From Eledone cirrhosa (Eukaryota), in the NCBI GenBank assembly GCA_964016885.1, contig OZ024741.1, positions 61,194,001 through 61,258,000 of the forward strand: 64,000 nt of DNA. Direction: 5' to 3'. Position numbers and translations under genes: made by a program. Below the pieces are notes generated by a model. The model had not been told where the DNA came from. It saw only the letters and a list, made by a program, of their open reading frames with translations, and searched no databases. Each line of letters opens with the position of its first letter. Position 1 is the stretch's first letter. Positions 23,915-38,529 of this stretch are shown here, in pieces.

Positions 23915-24132
23915 ATAATTGTTTCTACTTTAGGCACAAGGCCAGCAATTAGAAGGGGTGGAGAAAGTCAACTAAATCGACCCCAGTACTTACTAGTGCT
24001 TTATTTTATTGATCCCGTAACTATGAAAAGCAAAGCTAACCTCGGCAGGATTTGTACTCAGAACGTAAAGGGCCATAACTCTGTGTTGCAAAGCATATTT
24101 GACGTGCTAACGATACTGCCAATTCACCACCC
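23915..24132 (-). mobile_element. tRNA-derived SINE with Meta-like central domain; other copies 40195-40585, 48320-48510, 48855-49165, 50620-51055 (-), 51996-52290, 62029-62325 (+)
   Basis: Head TGGCAGTATCG..GAGTTCAAATCC, domain TTTGCCTTTCATCCTTACGGGGTCGATAAAATAAAGTACC, tail GCTGGCCTTGTGCC..AAACAATTATT. Confidence 0.8.
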
Positions 24133-25512
24133 TTTTTTATGTATGTAAATAATGATTTCTTTATTAACCACAAGGGTTTACATAAAGTAGACATTAAGGA
24201 TAGTGCAGGACAATGCAGGACGGTACAAATGGGCATTTCTGCGTGTAAAAAACAAAAACAGAGGATGTAACAAAAAATAACAATGAAAAATTCCCCAATA
24301 GGGGGGAGACTTCGGAGGGACATTTGTGGAGAAAGCCCAGTAAAAAGCCACAATGACCCTGACCACCAAGGCAAGTGCCCTCTCCCAGTTTTCCACCTTT
24401 AATTTACAGATATATACTCAGAGTAGGCCCATTCACTCGGGCCATTCTTGCTTCTCTCACCCATCTTTCAACAAAATGCTGGGAAGAGAGCACTTCCCTC
24501 TCTACTCTGATTTTCCTTTTCAAATGAAATTTGAAAAAGTCAATCAGAGCATCACCGAAGTATGTATGTAAATAATGACTATGAAGTTTGTTTTTTGCAT
24601 CACCCTTTGAAATCGTTTGGGTAATATTTGGTTTTACATGTATGGTATGGAGTAGACATCCTGATACATGGCATTGTGTCATCTAGTTGGATAGTTTGGG
24701 TGTTTAAAGTTGAGAGACGACAGGAGAAGGTAGAGTATGGCCCATTACATAATGGAGTTGTAGTCAGAGGCGTAACTCAGGAATGGCAAGCATGGCACAT
24801 GCCATGGGTGACAGATGAAGGGGGTGCCACTCGGACTAGGAGCACATTCTATTAAAATCAAGTAAGCCTCGTCGGAGAGTGAAACAAGAAATTCCTTGAG
24901 ATGTATGATCTGTCTCTAATTATCTTGGGTAAAAACACTATAGTGGCTGGATCATTAAACCATTTGTATAAATTATTAGGCCCATAGGTAAAAATAGAGT
25001 GCTGAGCAGGGGCACAATTTCACTGCTTGCCATAGGTCCTATTTTCTCTAGTTATGCCTCTGGTCGTAGTTGACATTAATAGCTTTGTTATAGTGAAACT
25101 CATAATATGACACCTGCAGCTTGATAATGTCTGTATTCACCATTTGATTGCTGTTGCATGCCATGTTTGGTTTGCCAATTTTGGAAGGTGGGTCACAGGT
25201 TGGTTTAACAGGAGTACATGTTCAAGTTTGGGCGTTGGCTTAGTGTTCTGTGGACCGATTGGAGCAATAATGTTCTTATTTAAGTGTATATATATATATA
25301 TATATAACCCATGCAAGTATGGAAAAGCAGAAGTAAAAACGATCATCTATATATATATATATATGTACACACATACATACATATATTTATATTTATATAT
25401 ATACATATACACATACATATATATATATATATATTTATTCTCACACATACATATCATCATTTGTGGGACATAATACAAAAGAACTTTATTGAAATTGTTG
25501 GCCTGGATGGAC

Positions 25513-25560
<48 letters not shown>

Positions 25561-25809
25561 AGTCATTTTATCTAGATTGTATAGAGGAAACTTACTGAAA
25601 GGAGTTGATAGATATCTTCATATTAACCAGTCAAACTATTTTGATTGAGAAAGGCAAGGAGCTAGGAAATTGAGATAAGAAGCCAAAAGCCAAATGAAAA
25701 AATAATACATTATATATGTACATATACACACATGTATTCATACACACACATACATATTTATATATATATATACATACATACATACATATATATATACATA
25801 CATACACAC

Positions 25810-25846
<37 letters not shown>

Positions 25847-26261
25847 CATACACACTCACACACATATATATATAATGAACACCCACACAAATGTATGTAT
25901 ATAGAAAGAAAACAGAAAAAAAGACACTTTTAGTTCTAGCAGTTATACATTTTCTATGATTACAGGGTATTTATTTATTTATTCATTTATTTATTTATTA
26001 TGTCTAATTTGGTTTCTGTAGAATTGTTCGCATAATCTACCTTTACCACTCTCTTTCTCTCTCCTTGCTCACCTTCACTAACTTTATCTGCCTCCTCTCT
26101 ACCCATTCATCTGCCTCCTATTTACCTCTCTCTCATGATCTACCTTGCTCTCACTCACTGTTTCATCTCCCCCTCTCTCTCTTTCCTTTCCTTCACTCCT
26201 TCATTTGTCCTCTTTTTCTCACCCTCTACCTCTTGTTCTTTCAATCTTTTCATCTTTCCGC

Positions 26262-26292
<31 letters not shown>

Positions 26293-26400
26293 ACAACCCC
26301 CCTTCATCTGAAACTCCCTCTCCACTTCACCCTTTCATCTATCCTCATTCTCTCCTCTACTTATACCCCTTCTTTCTCTCTTCTCCTCTACTTATGTCCC

Positions 26401-26437
<37 letters not shown>

Positions 26438-26905
26438 ATTTCACCCTTATATCTACACCTCTCTATTTTACAAATAATGGTAAATGCAAGATGGAACTGC
26501 TGTTTCTTTAAGTGAGGGAGTGAGCAATTTGTGAAGATTAACAATCTTGTAGAATGAAAGAAATATCTGTATATCTATCTACATGGGAAGCGAAAGAATT
26601 GGTTCAGAAAGGAAGGGAAATGGAACAGTTCCTTCCGCCTGTCTGAAAATTATAGTGAAATTAAGATAGTTTGAGAAAATTGTAGGATTCCACTTACTTT
26701 CTTGACAATCTGATTGTGAAATATATATATATACATATGTGTGTGTATATGTGTATTTTATATGAAAAAAAATTAATCTGCTTTTCATACAGTTAAATAC
26801 ATACAGTTACAGAATGCTAAGAAATAATGCATTCATATATGTATATGTGTGTGTGTCTGAGTGTACATAAATACATATATACATACTCATATATATACAT
26901 GTACT

Positions 26906-26953
<48 letters not shown>

Positions 26954-28146
26954 ATATACAACAACAATAATAATAATAATAATAATAATAATGATAATAA
27001 GGAGCAGCAATGAAGTATCAATATAACATGTTTATTCACACATGACATGTGTTCCACAATCAATCAGCTCAAGGTACACCCAGTAGTGATCAGGCTCAAT
27101 TCTAGAATAGATAATTATCAGACTTTCCACAAGTTTGATGAGCTATTGATTCCAGGGCCAGGCACGGTCACTACCAATTGTACCTTGAGCTAATTAATTG
27201 TGAAACACATGTCATGTGTGAATATACATAATAGTATATTGATACTTTGTTCTTGCTCTTTATTATTATTAACACTTTGCTTCTTAAGGATACTGACATT
27301 GTGAAATACCAAATGTAGAATCCAACATTGGTAGCTGCACCCAAATAATAGCATTGAGTACTCAAACTGGTGAACCATCAGTAACTAAAACTTTGCACAC
27401 CAATACACTATATATATATATATATATCATCATCATCATTTTCTATACTAGCAGGGATTAGACATGCTGACTCGTTGTGATACAGACAAACCTTGCTCAC
27501 ACAAAACTTGGCTTGGTTTCTATGGCTGGATGCCCTTCCTAACACTATCCACATTTACAGTGTCATCATCATCATCATCATCATCATCGTTTAACGTCCG
27601 TGTTCCATGATTGCATGGGTTTATATATATATATATATATCATCCTCACCATCATCTTTCCATGCTTGCATGGATTACCCCTAATACCAGTTGAGTTGCT
27701 ACAGAGCTTATGGGTGAGCTATTTTTAGCATTTTTGCTGACTACTCTCCACGGACTGTTATAGTTATTGTCTCAGTAACCATAACAACACACGCAAGTTT
27801 TTCTCTTGTCTTAAACTTAATTATGGACAGTTAATATCTTGTCTAATTAATAAGATGGCCTACTGATTAGGGTCAGCTTCGTTACATTACTAATTATCCA
27901 TTTAATAATGGTAATTAGTTCTGTTCTTTCAAGATCTGAAACAATGTTGTATAGGAATAGAACTGTATCTTGCCAACGTAAGTAATATTTTGACTGTTCT
28001 ACTTAGTTCTATCTTATTTATTTGCAAGATATTAAAATGTGTTATCGTTTATAGGCGAACTCTGTTTTTTATTTTTCATGCCAAACTTACATTGGCTGGT
28101 TATGGTACAGAAAATTGATATTTTTGTGTATCGATTTAAATTCATT

Positions 28147-28197
<51 letters not shown>

Positions 28198-28779
28198 AGT
28201 ATGGGTATGCAAGAAGTGTAGTGAGATTGAATGTTGGCTAACATGAAAGAAAGTTCTTGCATGTAGTTGGTACACAGGAATGGTTGGTAGAAAGTGTGCT
28301 CCTGAAATAAACTGCTTCCAGGAAGGTGCTATAAGATAGTTGATACCTTCTGTTACCTAGGTAACCTAACTAGCAGTGGGGTGGTTGCTCTGAAAGCATA
28401 GTAACTAGAATAAGAAGTGAATGGAAAAAGTTCAGGGCACTGCTATCTTAGTTAGCAACAAAGGTACAATTCATTTTTGCCTACTGAGTAACATGAAATA
28501 AAGTGTCTTGTTCTCTGTTCTCAAGGACACCATTTGCTGTGATAATTCAAACTTTATAATTGTGAGCTAAACACTTTAACAACTAAGTCAAGTACCTTCA
28601 CTGTAATCTGCAAAAAATATACCACAGAGCAAAGAAAAAAAACAAAAAAACAACAAATATTTTGTAAATTTTATATTTTGGATCAATCTCCAACAGAACA
28701 AGAACAGCATGATTTTTTTTTTTTTTTTTCAAAAATAAGAATATACTGATGTGATATATTTTGGGGTTATACAGAATTT

Positions 28780-28940
28780 AGAATAACAAAAAAATAATTG
28801 TTTGTACTTTTTGGCACAAGGCCAGCAATTACCCAGTACATTACTGGTACTTTATTTTATCGACCCCGTATAAAATAAAGTACCAGTAATGTACTGGGTA
28901 ATTGCTGGCCTTGTGCCAAAAAGAATAACAAAAAAATAAT
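28780..28940. mobile_element. Fold-back SINE 3' fragment flanked by a 19-bp direct repeat
   Basis: 28808-28923 is palindromic; AGAATAACAAAAAAATAAT at 28780-28798 and 28922-28940. Confidence 0.8.
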
Positions 28941-30927
28941 GAAAATACGTTCTAATTCAAATTAGAAGTCTTTAAATTGAAATGAAAAAAATAGATATAT
29001 TAAAGAAAAAAAAAACACATTGAAACGCTCCCACACTCCCTCCAAACAACTCAAAATGTTATAGGAAAAATGTGAAGGGTAAGAAATATAGAAACAATAT
29101 TGGTACAAATTTATTGTCCTATTTCTTTCTTTGACAAAAGAGATATAACATGTAGGAAAGCTTGTTACTGTGTATGCAAAAAGTAAACAGAAATAATAAA
29201 GCAAACAACACAGTACAATGAAGAAATATATGTTTAACGCTTGATGAACACATATATTGTCTGTTACATATATATATATGTAACAACTGTATGATGCCTG
29301 AGTGCAAAGTGTGATGCCGCATGATAGTGAAACATGTTTTTAGTTGAAGCTCCTTATCATTGAAGAAAAGAGAGAGTTTTATGAGCTGCTGTTGAAATGA
29401 TTGCTAGTAATTTCAACTACAGCAAACAGAATTTTATTTTATTTTCTTCAATAATAAGACTGAGTCAAGAATGTCAGACCTTTCCTTTCCCCACAGTGTT
29501 CCATTATGTAGTTGAAATTTATGTCACTAATTTCAAATACATCTCTTTATTGATGAAGAGCCTACAACCCAAAACGACAGACATTTACTTTTCCTCTTGA
29601 TAACTATATTTTAATTACACCAGTTCCTTGGATTATCTTTGTTGATGCAGAGACTCACAAAGGACATCCAGCCATAGAAACCAAACCAGAAACAGTTCTG
29701 TATGAGCAAGACATCTGACCCAACTTGCCTCAAACGAGATAACCCATCTAACCCATGCTAGCATGGAAAATATATGTTAAATGATGAAGATGATGATGAT
29801 GATAATATAACATGTAAAGTTGGCCATGAACACTTTGAGCAAACAGGTATAACACCCCAACAAAGTATGACAGTACAGAAAAAAACCTCTTGGGTCAACA
29901 TATTCAGAATTGCAGAGGACAAACCTTATCAAATTTGATGTTTTCTTATTCTATGTAATGATTCAACAATGGAACAACAGTTGTCAAAGCAAACTCTCAT
30001 TACTTTCCTCCAATTAAGGATTTTACTATAATCTAACTATAATTTTTTCAAGCATTCAACAGAAATTTGTAACATTTAAACTATTTTTTTTCACAGAAGT
30101 CTGAATACTCCCAAGAGATGAAACTTTAAAATTAAAGTTGTCTTAGAAAACATCATATGAATAAATCTGTCAGAATTGTGTTTGGTTCTAATTGAAATTT
30201 CAAACAGATGTAATGAAATATTTCTTGAAACTCCTAAATGATTAGAGCTAAGTATATTTTCTGATTAGAGCTAAATATATTTAACTTTCATGATTTTCTC
30301 CTTGATTATTTAAGCAGTTATATCATGTGCACACATACACACAAAAAACATTGTGTTCTAGTTTTAACGTTTTTTTTTAATCAAGTATCAAGTTTGTTTT
30401 AATATTTTCGTATGAGTTCCTTGTAAACTGCTTGAAACAGTAAAAATATTTCTAGACCTTCATAGTCTCATCTTCAATATGGGATATTGACATGAGTTAC
30501 TGACTCTTTATAGTAGTGATTGATGTAGCTGTTACCACTGGCCTTTGGATTTTTACAGTTAAATTTATACTTCATGAGTCACTCCCTCACCAGATCACCA
30601 TACACTTACAACAAGGAACTACTCCATTATACAAAACAAAATAGTAAACATTAGTAAACAACATGTCCATATTCAACAGAATTACCCACAAAAATAGACA
30701 ATTGATGATGAAATATATATATATATAATATATATATGTATATATATATATATATATAATATATATGTATGTATATATATATATAATATATATACACATA
30801 CATATATATATATACATATATGTATACATGCATACATATATACATACATATATGTATTCATACGTGTGTGTATATATATATATATATATAAAAACATACA
30901 TAAATGTATATAAATCAATGTATGTAT

Positions 30928-30999
<72 letters not shown>

Positions 31000-31699
31000 A
31001 TACATACATTGATTTATATACATTTATGTATGTTTCTCTTTCTCTTAATTTCGAGTACATTTTTGACCGGCCACCTTCCTGGTGGCAAGGTTGTAAAAGA
31101 AAAGAAATTGTCATCCCTTGAATCGTAAGAATGTTTCGCAAATTTCGTATGCATGTATGTAAGTATGTATTTCATAGATATGTATTTCTTATAAACTGTA
31201 AACTTCCCTAACTGTTACTCTTTTATTTCATGTTTCCTTCGCTTCTAGAATTTTAAAATCCAGGATAGCAGAATGAACTTCTTAACCATTTGAACATGCC
31301 ATGTGCATTCACCTACATCTTTAAACAAGATTACAAAAGTTACAAAATATAAAGTCATTAAAAAATTGATTGGAATTGGAAAGAGTCAAAACTTTGCCCT
31401 CACAATATTCAGAAAAAGAAGAAGGAGAAAAAGAAAAAGAAAAAGAAAAAGAAAAAGAAAAAGAAAAAGAAAAGGAAGAAGGTGATAATGATTAAAATGC
31501 AGTGAAATAATCAACATAGATTAAAATAAATAGACACTAGCTAGGCTTTGATTAGGGAGTAACAACATTAGGGTGTAGAACCAGACATTGTCGTTTTGGG
31601 TGAGATTGCAAAATGAAAAGAGTTTTTCAGAAAGTAGTTAATGAAATTTGATTTTTAAAAATACTATATAAAAAAAACACATTCTCAATAACAAACGAT

Positions 31700-32250
31700 G
31701 GACTTTACAGAGACAACAGAAAATATGAGCAGACACAAACCAAATGGATTTAGGAGGGAAAATAAAGCTTTTTAACTAAACAGGTTTATGTATAACAGCA
31801 GAAACTAATCTTGCAATAATAAATTTCTTGGATATTATTCTAAATCTTAGCATAAACAATTCCAAACCTTATCAACTTGGTCTTAACATTAGTAGGTAAA
31901 TATCTACATCGCCTAGAGCTAAGGCTAGGGTGTTTTAGTACTACAAAAATGCACAATAAAGAAAACAGTGGCTTTGATAAAGAGATAAAATATATGCCAA
32001 ACAGCAATAATTTGAAGCCTAGTTTTCAGAAGTGTCTGATGATAGGGAAATAAAAAGGCAGGATCTTACAATACAATCCTGTCTTTACTCTAACAGTAAA
32101 GATTAATGAAGCTAGGTAATTTCTTAAGCTAATCTCCTTCCAGTTTATGGCAACCACAGGTAACAGAAATGTCAAAGTTAGCTACTCTGCATGTAAAAAC
32201 TTTGCAGCTTGCATTAGAAATTATGACATTAAAGGTTTTACTGAAAATAA
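31700..32250 (+). mobile_element. Highly degenerate PLE (Naiad-like) RT/thumb remnant
   Basis: INFLDIILNL..KPY; QYNPV..FLKLI; KVSYS. Confidence 0.45.
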
Positions 32251-34175
32251 CAATCCAAGTACATTAACTGCCTGCTGAAATATATAATTTAATGTGAAAA
32301 TTTGGTGAACTTAAGACACATTGGGAAATTTCGAAATTTGAAATGTAATAATCCTAATACAAATGACAATAATAAGAGTCAATCATCATAATTTATAATT
32401 GAGAAAATTGGATAAAATACCATTGGAGACGATTTCCTCTATTATTTATAGTGACCAACTATTATTATAGTTACTTGTCTTCAAGTGACTACATTTCAAA
32501 TATAGTTAGTTTAATGTGTTATTGTTCATGTAAGCAACAACTCTTCACCTAAATCCAACATCAGACTCACCAAAAACAGTTTCAAATTGCAAATTTACGA
32601 AAATAAATATATTTTTCATTACTCCTTATAGAGACAGTAAGGCAGCTTTGTCAAAATATATCTGATTACTTAAAGATATCTGACCGCTTTTAGATCCCTT
32701 TGGTTCATTCTAGGCCACACACAATCATATTGTCATGAATATTTGCAAGTCTAGGTTCTTTTTCATGCTGTACTTGGCTGAGAAAATGTCCTTACTGCTG
32801 TAGAGTACCAATAGATTAACTCCCTGGTCAAACTGTTGAATTGTCCTAAACAAGCAAGAAAATGCATTTTAGCCCAGTATAAATCGCCACATGGAAAACT
32901 CATTTTGTTTTGGCTGGATAGTAAGTTAAACAGCACTGTGAAACTTTGCAATCCCCTTGATTAAGTTTTGTGAACTTCTTTCTGAAGAACTCTTGTCACT
33001 TCCAGACACTTCAAAATTCACTCCCCTTTACATTGTAGTGTTTTTGCCATCAAATCAAAGCTTAGTTAACAGCAGTTTATTTCCCCTCTGCATTGATCCA
33101 CTACACCTTACAACGTACTCTAATTAAAAGCAATTTATTTCCCACTATATTGATTCATTGCACTTTACAACATACCATAATCCTAAGCAAATGTAAGCAC
33201 TTAACTAGTGACATAAATCTAACAGTATAAATCAACCTGTAGGGTTTGGGATGTTTGGTAGGGCTGGGTTAGTTTCTTTTATAGAAGATTTGTTTATTTG
33301 TGTGAAATAAAAGTATACAATTGATAATTGTTTAGATATATTTTCAACTCTTTTACACATATTCTTTTACTAGTTTCAGTCATTTAACTGTAGCTGTACT
33401 GGAGTATTGCCTTAAAGCAGATCATATTCATCCCAGTACATGTTTCAATTCTGATTCTTATTTTATCGGTCTCTTTTGTTAAACAGTGATTCAATTTGTT
33501 TTATATAAATACTTTCTTATATTTTACTATAGTTCCATATTTTTAGATGTTAATTCAGAGATATCTATTTTATTTTAACAAAAAATGGTGTGTATCAAAT
33601 TAAATAATAATAATACAGATTCTCAGAGATGTATTTTATTTTTATAGATTATATTGTTTTCTATTATTAAAGTAAAAATGCATTAAATGAATGTTTCTAA
33701 TAGGAAACCAAACAACAGTCAAAATGTAAGCTCAAATTTGTAAGTTGTTTACAATCAGATCAGTTAATATAGTGAGAAAGACTCTCCAAACACTAGATTA
33801 ATAATGAAAAAATTAGTTTTATTATGAAATCCCTACAAGGTCTAGATTATTTTCAAGATTTATTGAAAATTATAGGCATTAGACATATAACAAAAGAGTT
33901 AAATGTTTTTAATGTTTTATTTTTCTTATATTTTTATAGATTTAAAACTGCACTGTTATAAATAAATTACCTTTTGTTATAGTATTTCAGTAAGATATGT
34001 CTTTTCTCCTGTGACTTTTCTTTGGATTAAAAAAATATATATATTGGGTGGTGGGTAGGTGGCAGTTTTTCCATAAGCATTTACAAATTTTATAAATGTT
34101 TTATAAATAAGCTGTATAGGTTTAATACAAATTTATAGTCTCATTGTTTTTAAAAAATGGTCTTATATATATATA

Positions 34176-34255
34176 GAGGGTGTCCCCAAAAAGTTGTATA
34201 CATACTTTGATTAGAATGCTGTTAAAGTGTGTATACAATTTTGGGGACACCATGT
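34176..34255. mobile_element. Tc1/mariner-type MITE
   Basis: GGTGTCCCCAAAA..TTGTATACA / TGTATACAATTTTGGGGACACC inverted ends in a TA context. Confidence 0.65.
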
Positions 34256-34469
34256 ATATGTGTGTGTATATATACATATATATATATATATAGGAGAATA
34301 TCTCACCAAGAACAGCATCACACTGTTTTCTTTTGAAAAAGAGATTCTAAGTAAAAGTTTAAACTATTGCTTTGTTTTGTTCTCCTTACTCTAGCCTACT
34401 CTAGAATTCACTACTGAGTTTACAATTTGCATTGTACAGGGTTTCCCAAACTGTCTTAACTACACACTT

Positions 34470-34504
<35 letters not shown>

Positions 34505-34887
34505 CCATGACCCTCTCAGGAATCAGTTGGCGAAGAAGAATATATATATATATATTGTTTTTGAGTGAAGAAATCTCTAAATTGAAGAATTAAAAAGAAG
34601 ATTGTCCCTGAAACATTTTTATATGTAAGCTCATTATATTCCTACAGTTTGTATAGAAAAGTTACACAGAGTGTAGTATGTACTTGTGTTGCTTTTCCCA
34701 TATGTTCACTATCAATCCTCTTAATATTCAATACTAGTAAAAATAAATTCCAATGGAAAAAAAAGACAAACAAAAAAATGATAAAAATAGTCAAATAAAA
34801 ACCAGAATGAATTTTTCTTTAAAAATATAAAAAAGAAAGAAAAAATTTCAATGCAAAAATATTTTGGATAATTAGACCAGGTTTTAC

Positions 34888-35087
34888 TGATCTGGAATTT
34901 GATTGTCTGGAATTGGCATCTCTTGTGGACAGTTGTCAGGTAGTGGAGAATGCCACAGAGTTGAAACTGGAGTTCCTGTAATCTCTAAAGATGTTCTTCG
35001 GAATAGCCACACGCCAGCAGCCAAGCCACCAATGTTCACCCAAAAGTAAGATTGCTTCTTCCAATACTTGGCAAAATGCTGCATACA
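34888..35087 (-). CDS. Candidate host-gene exon (200 nt), unknown product with a hydrophobic N-terminal segment
   Basis: Acceptor TTTCTATTTTTCAG at 35088, donor CA|GTAAAA at 34887; one open frame MQHFAKYWKKQSYFWVNIGGLAAGVWLFRRTSLEITGTPVSTLWHSPLPDNCPQEMPIPDNQIPD; GC raised over flanks; not repetitive. Confidence 0.5.
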
Positions 35088-35187
35088 CTGAAAAATAGAA
35101 ATATATTTGATATTATCATGTTTAGAAAACTGATAAAAAGAGGTGGGGAAAGAAACAAAAAAATTATGCAATAGTACAAAAATAAAG

Positions 35188-35505
35188 GAAAGGAAGCGAT
35201 TGTCAGACTGGACCAAGGAAACTAGGCTTCCATTGATCTTTTCATTGTTGATACTATCAGCCAGTCAGAATTCCTGACAGAAGAAAGGAGCTGATTGTCA
35301 AATCAGACCAAAGAAACTACGTTTTCATTGATCTGTCCTTTGCTGATACTATATCAGCTAATTGCAACACCAGGCAGAAGAAAGGAGCTTATTATCAGAT
35401 TAGACTAGGGAAACAAGACTTCCATTGATATTTCCATTGTTGATGTTACCAGCTGGTTGCAACTCCTAGCAAAAGAAAGGGGCTGATTGTCAGATCAGAC
35501 AAAAG
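35188..35505. repeat. Diverged ~95-bp tandem repeat, ~3.3 copies
   Basis: GAAAGGAGCTGATTGTCAGA..AGAC..GAAAC..TTCCATTGAT recurs at ~35190, 35283, 35380, 35475. Confidence 0.75.
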
Positions 35506-35529
35506 AAAAACCCAAAAAACAATAAGAAC

Positions 35530-35775
35530 AAGTAAGTATGTTTTGAAACAGCAAGCGAGTTTGAAATTAGAAATAGAAGCTTTCGCCATATTTTTGACTA
35601 AAGAAAATTTAGCCTGATAGTGGGGTTTAGAACCCTCTAAGAAATAGCAAAAGATGAGTATTGATGTACATGTATGTCAATACTCATCTATTTCCATTTC
35701 TTAGAGGGTTCTAAACCCCACTATCAGGCTAAATTTTCTTTAGTCAAAAATACGACGAAAGCTTCTTTTTCTAAA
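35530..35775. mobile_element. Fold-back of the body of the tRNA-SINE seen intact at 45558-45762
   Basis: Palindrome centred near 35670; the arms match 45618-45760. Confidence 0.8.
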
Positions 35776-36726
35776 AACAATATGAAGTTGGACGACTGCA
35801 GGCCAGTAGAGAAATGGTATAAAATTTAAGCTGAAGGTTGATTAAGAGTTACATCCCACTGTAGAAACCATGTAAAAAGGTTTAAAAAAACTATTCAGCC
35901 ATGATGCAAACACAACAACCTCTCTAGTGCTGGTACCATGAAAAATGCACCCAGTATACTCTGTATAAAGGGATGTGAATTAGGAAGGGCATCCAGCTGT
36001 ATAACTTGCCAAACAAAGGGTTGCTAGGGCCCTTTAGTTGCATCAAAGGCACATCAAGCTCCATAGAGCTGGTGTTATGATAAATACACCTGATATAAAG
36101 TGGTTGTTATTAGGAAATGCATTCATTCACCTGTAGAAAATTTGCCAAACAAAGTGTTAAGAGATACCTTCAATTGTGTCAACAATGTTAAATGATGATG
36201 ATGATGACAATGATAGAACTTCATCAACTTGAGTATATGTAACTTTATTGTAAAACTTATAATAGCTTTAAAATTAAAATTTATTTGTTACATTTTCTTT
36301 CACATTCTTCTCTGACCTCTTTCAACCATGGAAGCAGTATGGCTGTTTCAGTTCAGCACTTTGAATAAACGGAAGACACATGATACACATAGTGAGAAGT
36401 AGGAATATTCACAGACAAGAGTAAAATGGTATGGAATTTAAGCTAAAAGTTGATTAAGAATTACATTCCATACTTAAAAGTGAATAAATCTGTCTTAAAC
36501 AAGAGTTAATGCACATAGGTTTAGCTAAAGGCAAGAAGACGCTGTCAGAAATTTTAAAATACTAAAATGTTTCTTCCAAATAACCGTCAGAGATGAATTT
36601 TACTGTCTCTTTCAATAGAACTCATCTTTTCTGATATAAATATTGTGATTGGTAGATTAAATATATATCCTGCCTGCATGTATGTACATACATACTTACC
36701 TATTTAACTATCTATCTATCTATCTA

Positions 36727-36787
<61 letters not shown>

Positions 36788-37519
36788 ATTCATCCTCATT
36801 TTACATCCACTCTTCCATGGGATAGATTGAGTATTCATTTAAGTACATATCCTGAATTTATGTAACAGTAATCTCAGATATTTTCTAGATTCTGTATAAC
36901 ATATATAGCATTGCTATAGAAATATTCCTTTATACTCAAAACCATAGGTGTAGTAATTTGATGATGAGAAATGAATAATTGTTGAAATGTCAGCATAAAA
37001 ATAATCTGTTTTCCTTTGTTTTTTTTTACTCTTCCTGGCAGAGCTGTTTTGCTAGAGAACAGGTTGCAGGTGATGGATAGCAATACGGTCACCAGATATG
37101 ATGGTTTGTTGTGATATAAGCAGGCTTTGTCAGATTATTAAGTAGCTCCAGACCAGATGGTAGTAGCTATGAAGAAAGATGAAGCAATGGGTGACATTCT
37201 TATCACTCAAATAAATTCTTACAACCCAGGCCACATCTATAAAAAATGCATAGTCTTCACAGGTCTGAGAAAGTTATCTAAATTGGTGACTGGCACGAAT
37301 AAGATCACCAAACACTGCAGTATGGTCAGGTGTAATAAAAACAATCATACCACATTGTGCTTCACTTGGAGTAATAAAGAACATGTTCAGGCTTAGGTAG
37401 AGGGGCTTGTTAAAAAAATATATTGCAGTCTCCATCCAACGTCATAAAAACTGGTCTGGGAGGCATGGAAAGGTTGCATATCCCAAGACCCCAAAGAGGG
37501 AGCAAACTTTAAAACTGGA

Positions 37520-38240
37520 AAATAGAATGTCTCAACTACTACAAGTAAGGAGCAGGAATTAGTAGAGAAGGCTAGATGTTATTGGCTAGATATAATCAGC
37601 AAAGTTCTATGGTTCTCATACCATAGATTTGGATGGATGATTGAAACTCCATTATCCAGGTGTGGTGCTACAAGGGACTGCACAGGAGGGAGTGGGGATA
37701 CTCACAAGACCCTAGCTATCAGAATGTGTTATGGACTGGATCCCATTGAGAAGGATAGTTTGCTTCTTGAAGTTTAAGCTGAAAGAAAGGTCTCTGTAGG
37801 TGGGGCAGGTTTATGTGCCATACAAATCCTTCTTTGATTAAGTAACAACAGAATTAGTGTAAAGTGGTTGTGTAAACACAACAAAAAACACTCAGCCCAC
37901 ACTATAAATGTGGTTGGTGTTAGGAAGGACATCCAGCCATAGAAACCAAGCCAAATCCAGTTCTGTATGAGCAAGACATGGTCTTCTGACCTGGCCTGTC
38001 ACACAACGGGGCAACTCATCTAACCCATACTAGTATGGACAAATAGACGTGAACAGTGATGATGAGACATCAATGCACATCTTGACACTGACCACCTGAC
38101 ATGAGAAGGAGCGATTGGAGGGAATAATGATCCCAATCTAAATACAAATGGAGAGGCCTTATTGGATTTCTCTTCTAGTAATGAGCTCTTTACTATGAAC
38201 ACTTTCCAACACAAAAACATTCATAAGAATACATGGGGGC
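37520..38240 (+). mobile_element. Degenerate LINE APE-endonuclease remnant interrupted by a SINE
   Basis: GVGIL; QVYVP; NTNGEALLDFSSSNELFTMNTFQHKNIHKNTW (RTE-like APE motifs). Confidence 0.6.
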
Positions 38241-38529
38241 TAAGCTGGAAACCAACAATCAACAAATAACAAATTCTGGCAGGGTTGTTAAGTGGGGGAG
38301 GTAGGTACTTAATATTGTCCTTGAAGCTGCTAACTAGAAGGGATATTTGGTAGTATGGTAATGCCTTATCAAATATCTCCTTACTGTATGAAAGGTTAGA
38401 TAGCCCATGACTAATATTAGGGATTAAGTTTTTAAAACCTACGGGGTGCAGATGCCTGATTTGCTGTTAATATATTTCAGTTTTTCATTAGGCTTATGGT
38501 ATGGTTTATATGCATCTGAGGTCAAGACT

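Noticed and set aside
29325-29590. Hammerhead-like TGATGAAG..CAAAAC and TGATAAGG..AAAAAC strings
   Set aside because: Core and stems are too degenerate to support a call.
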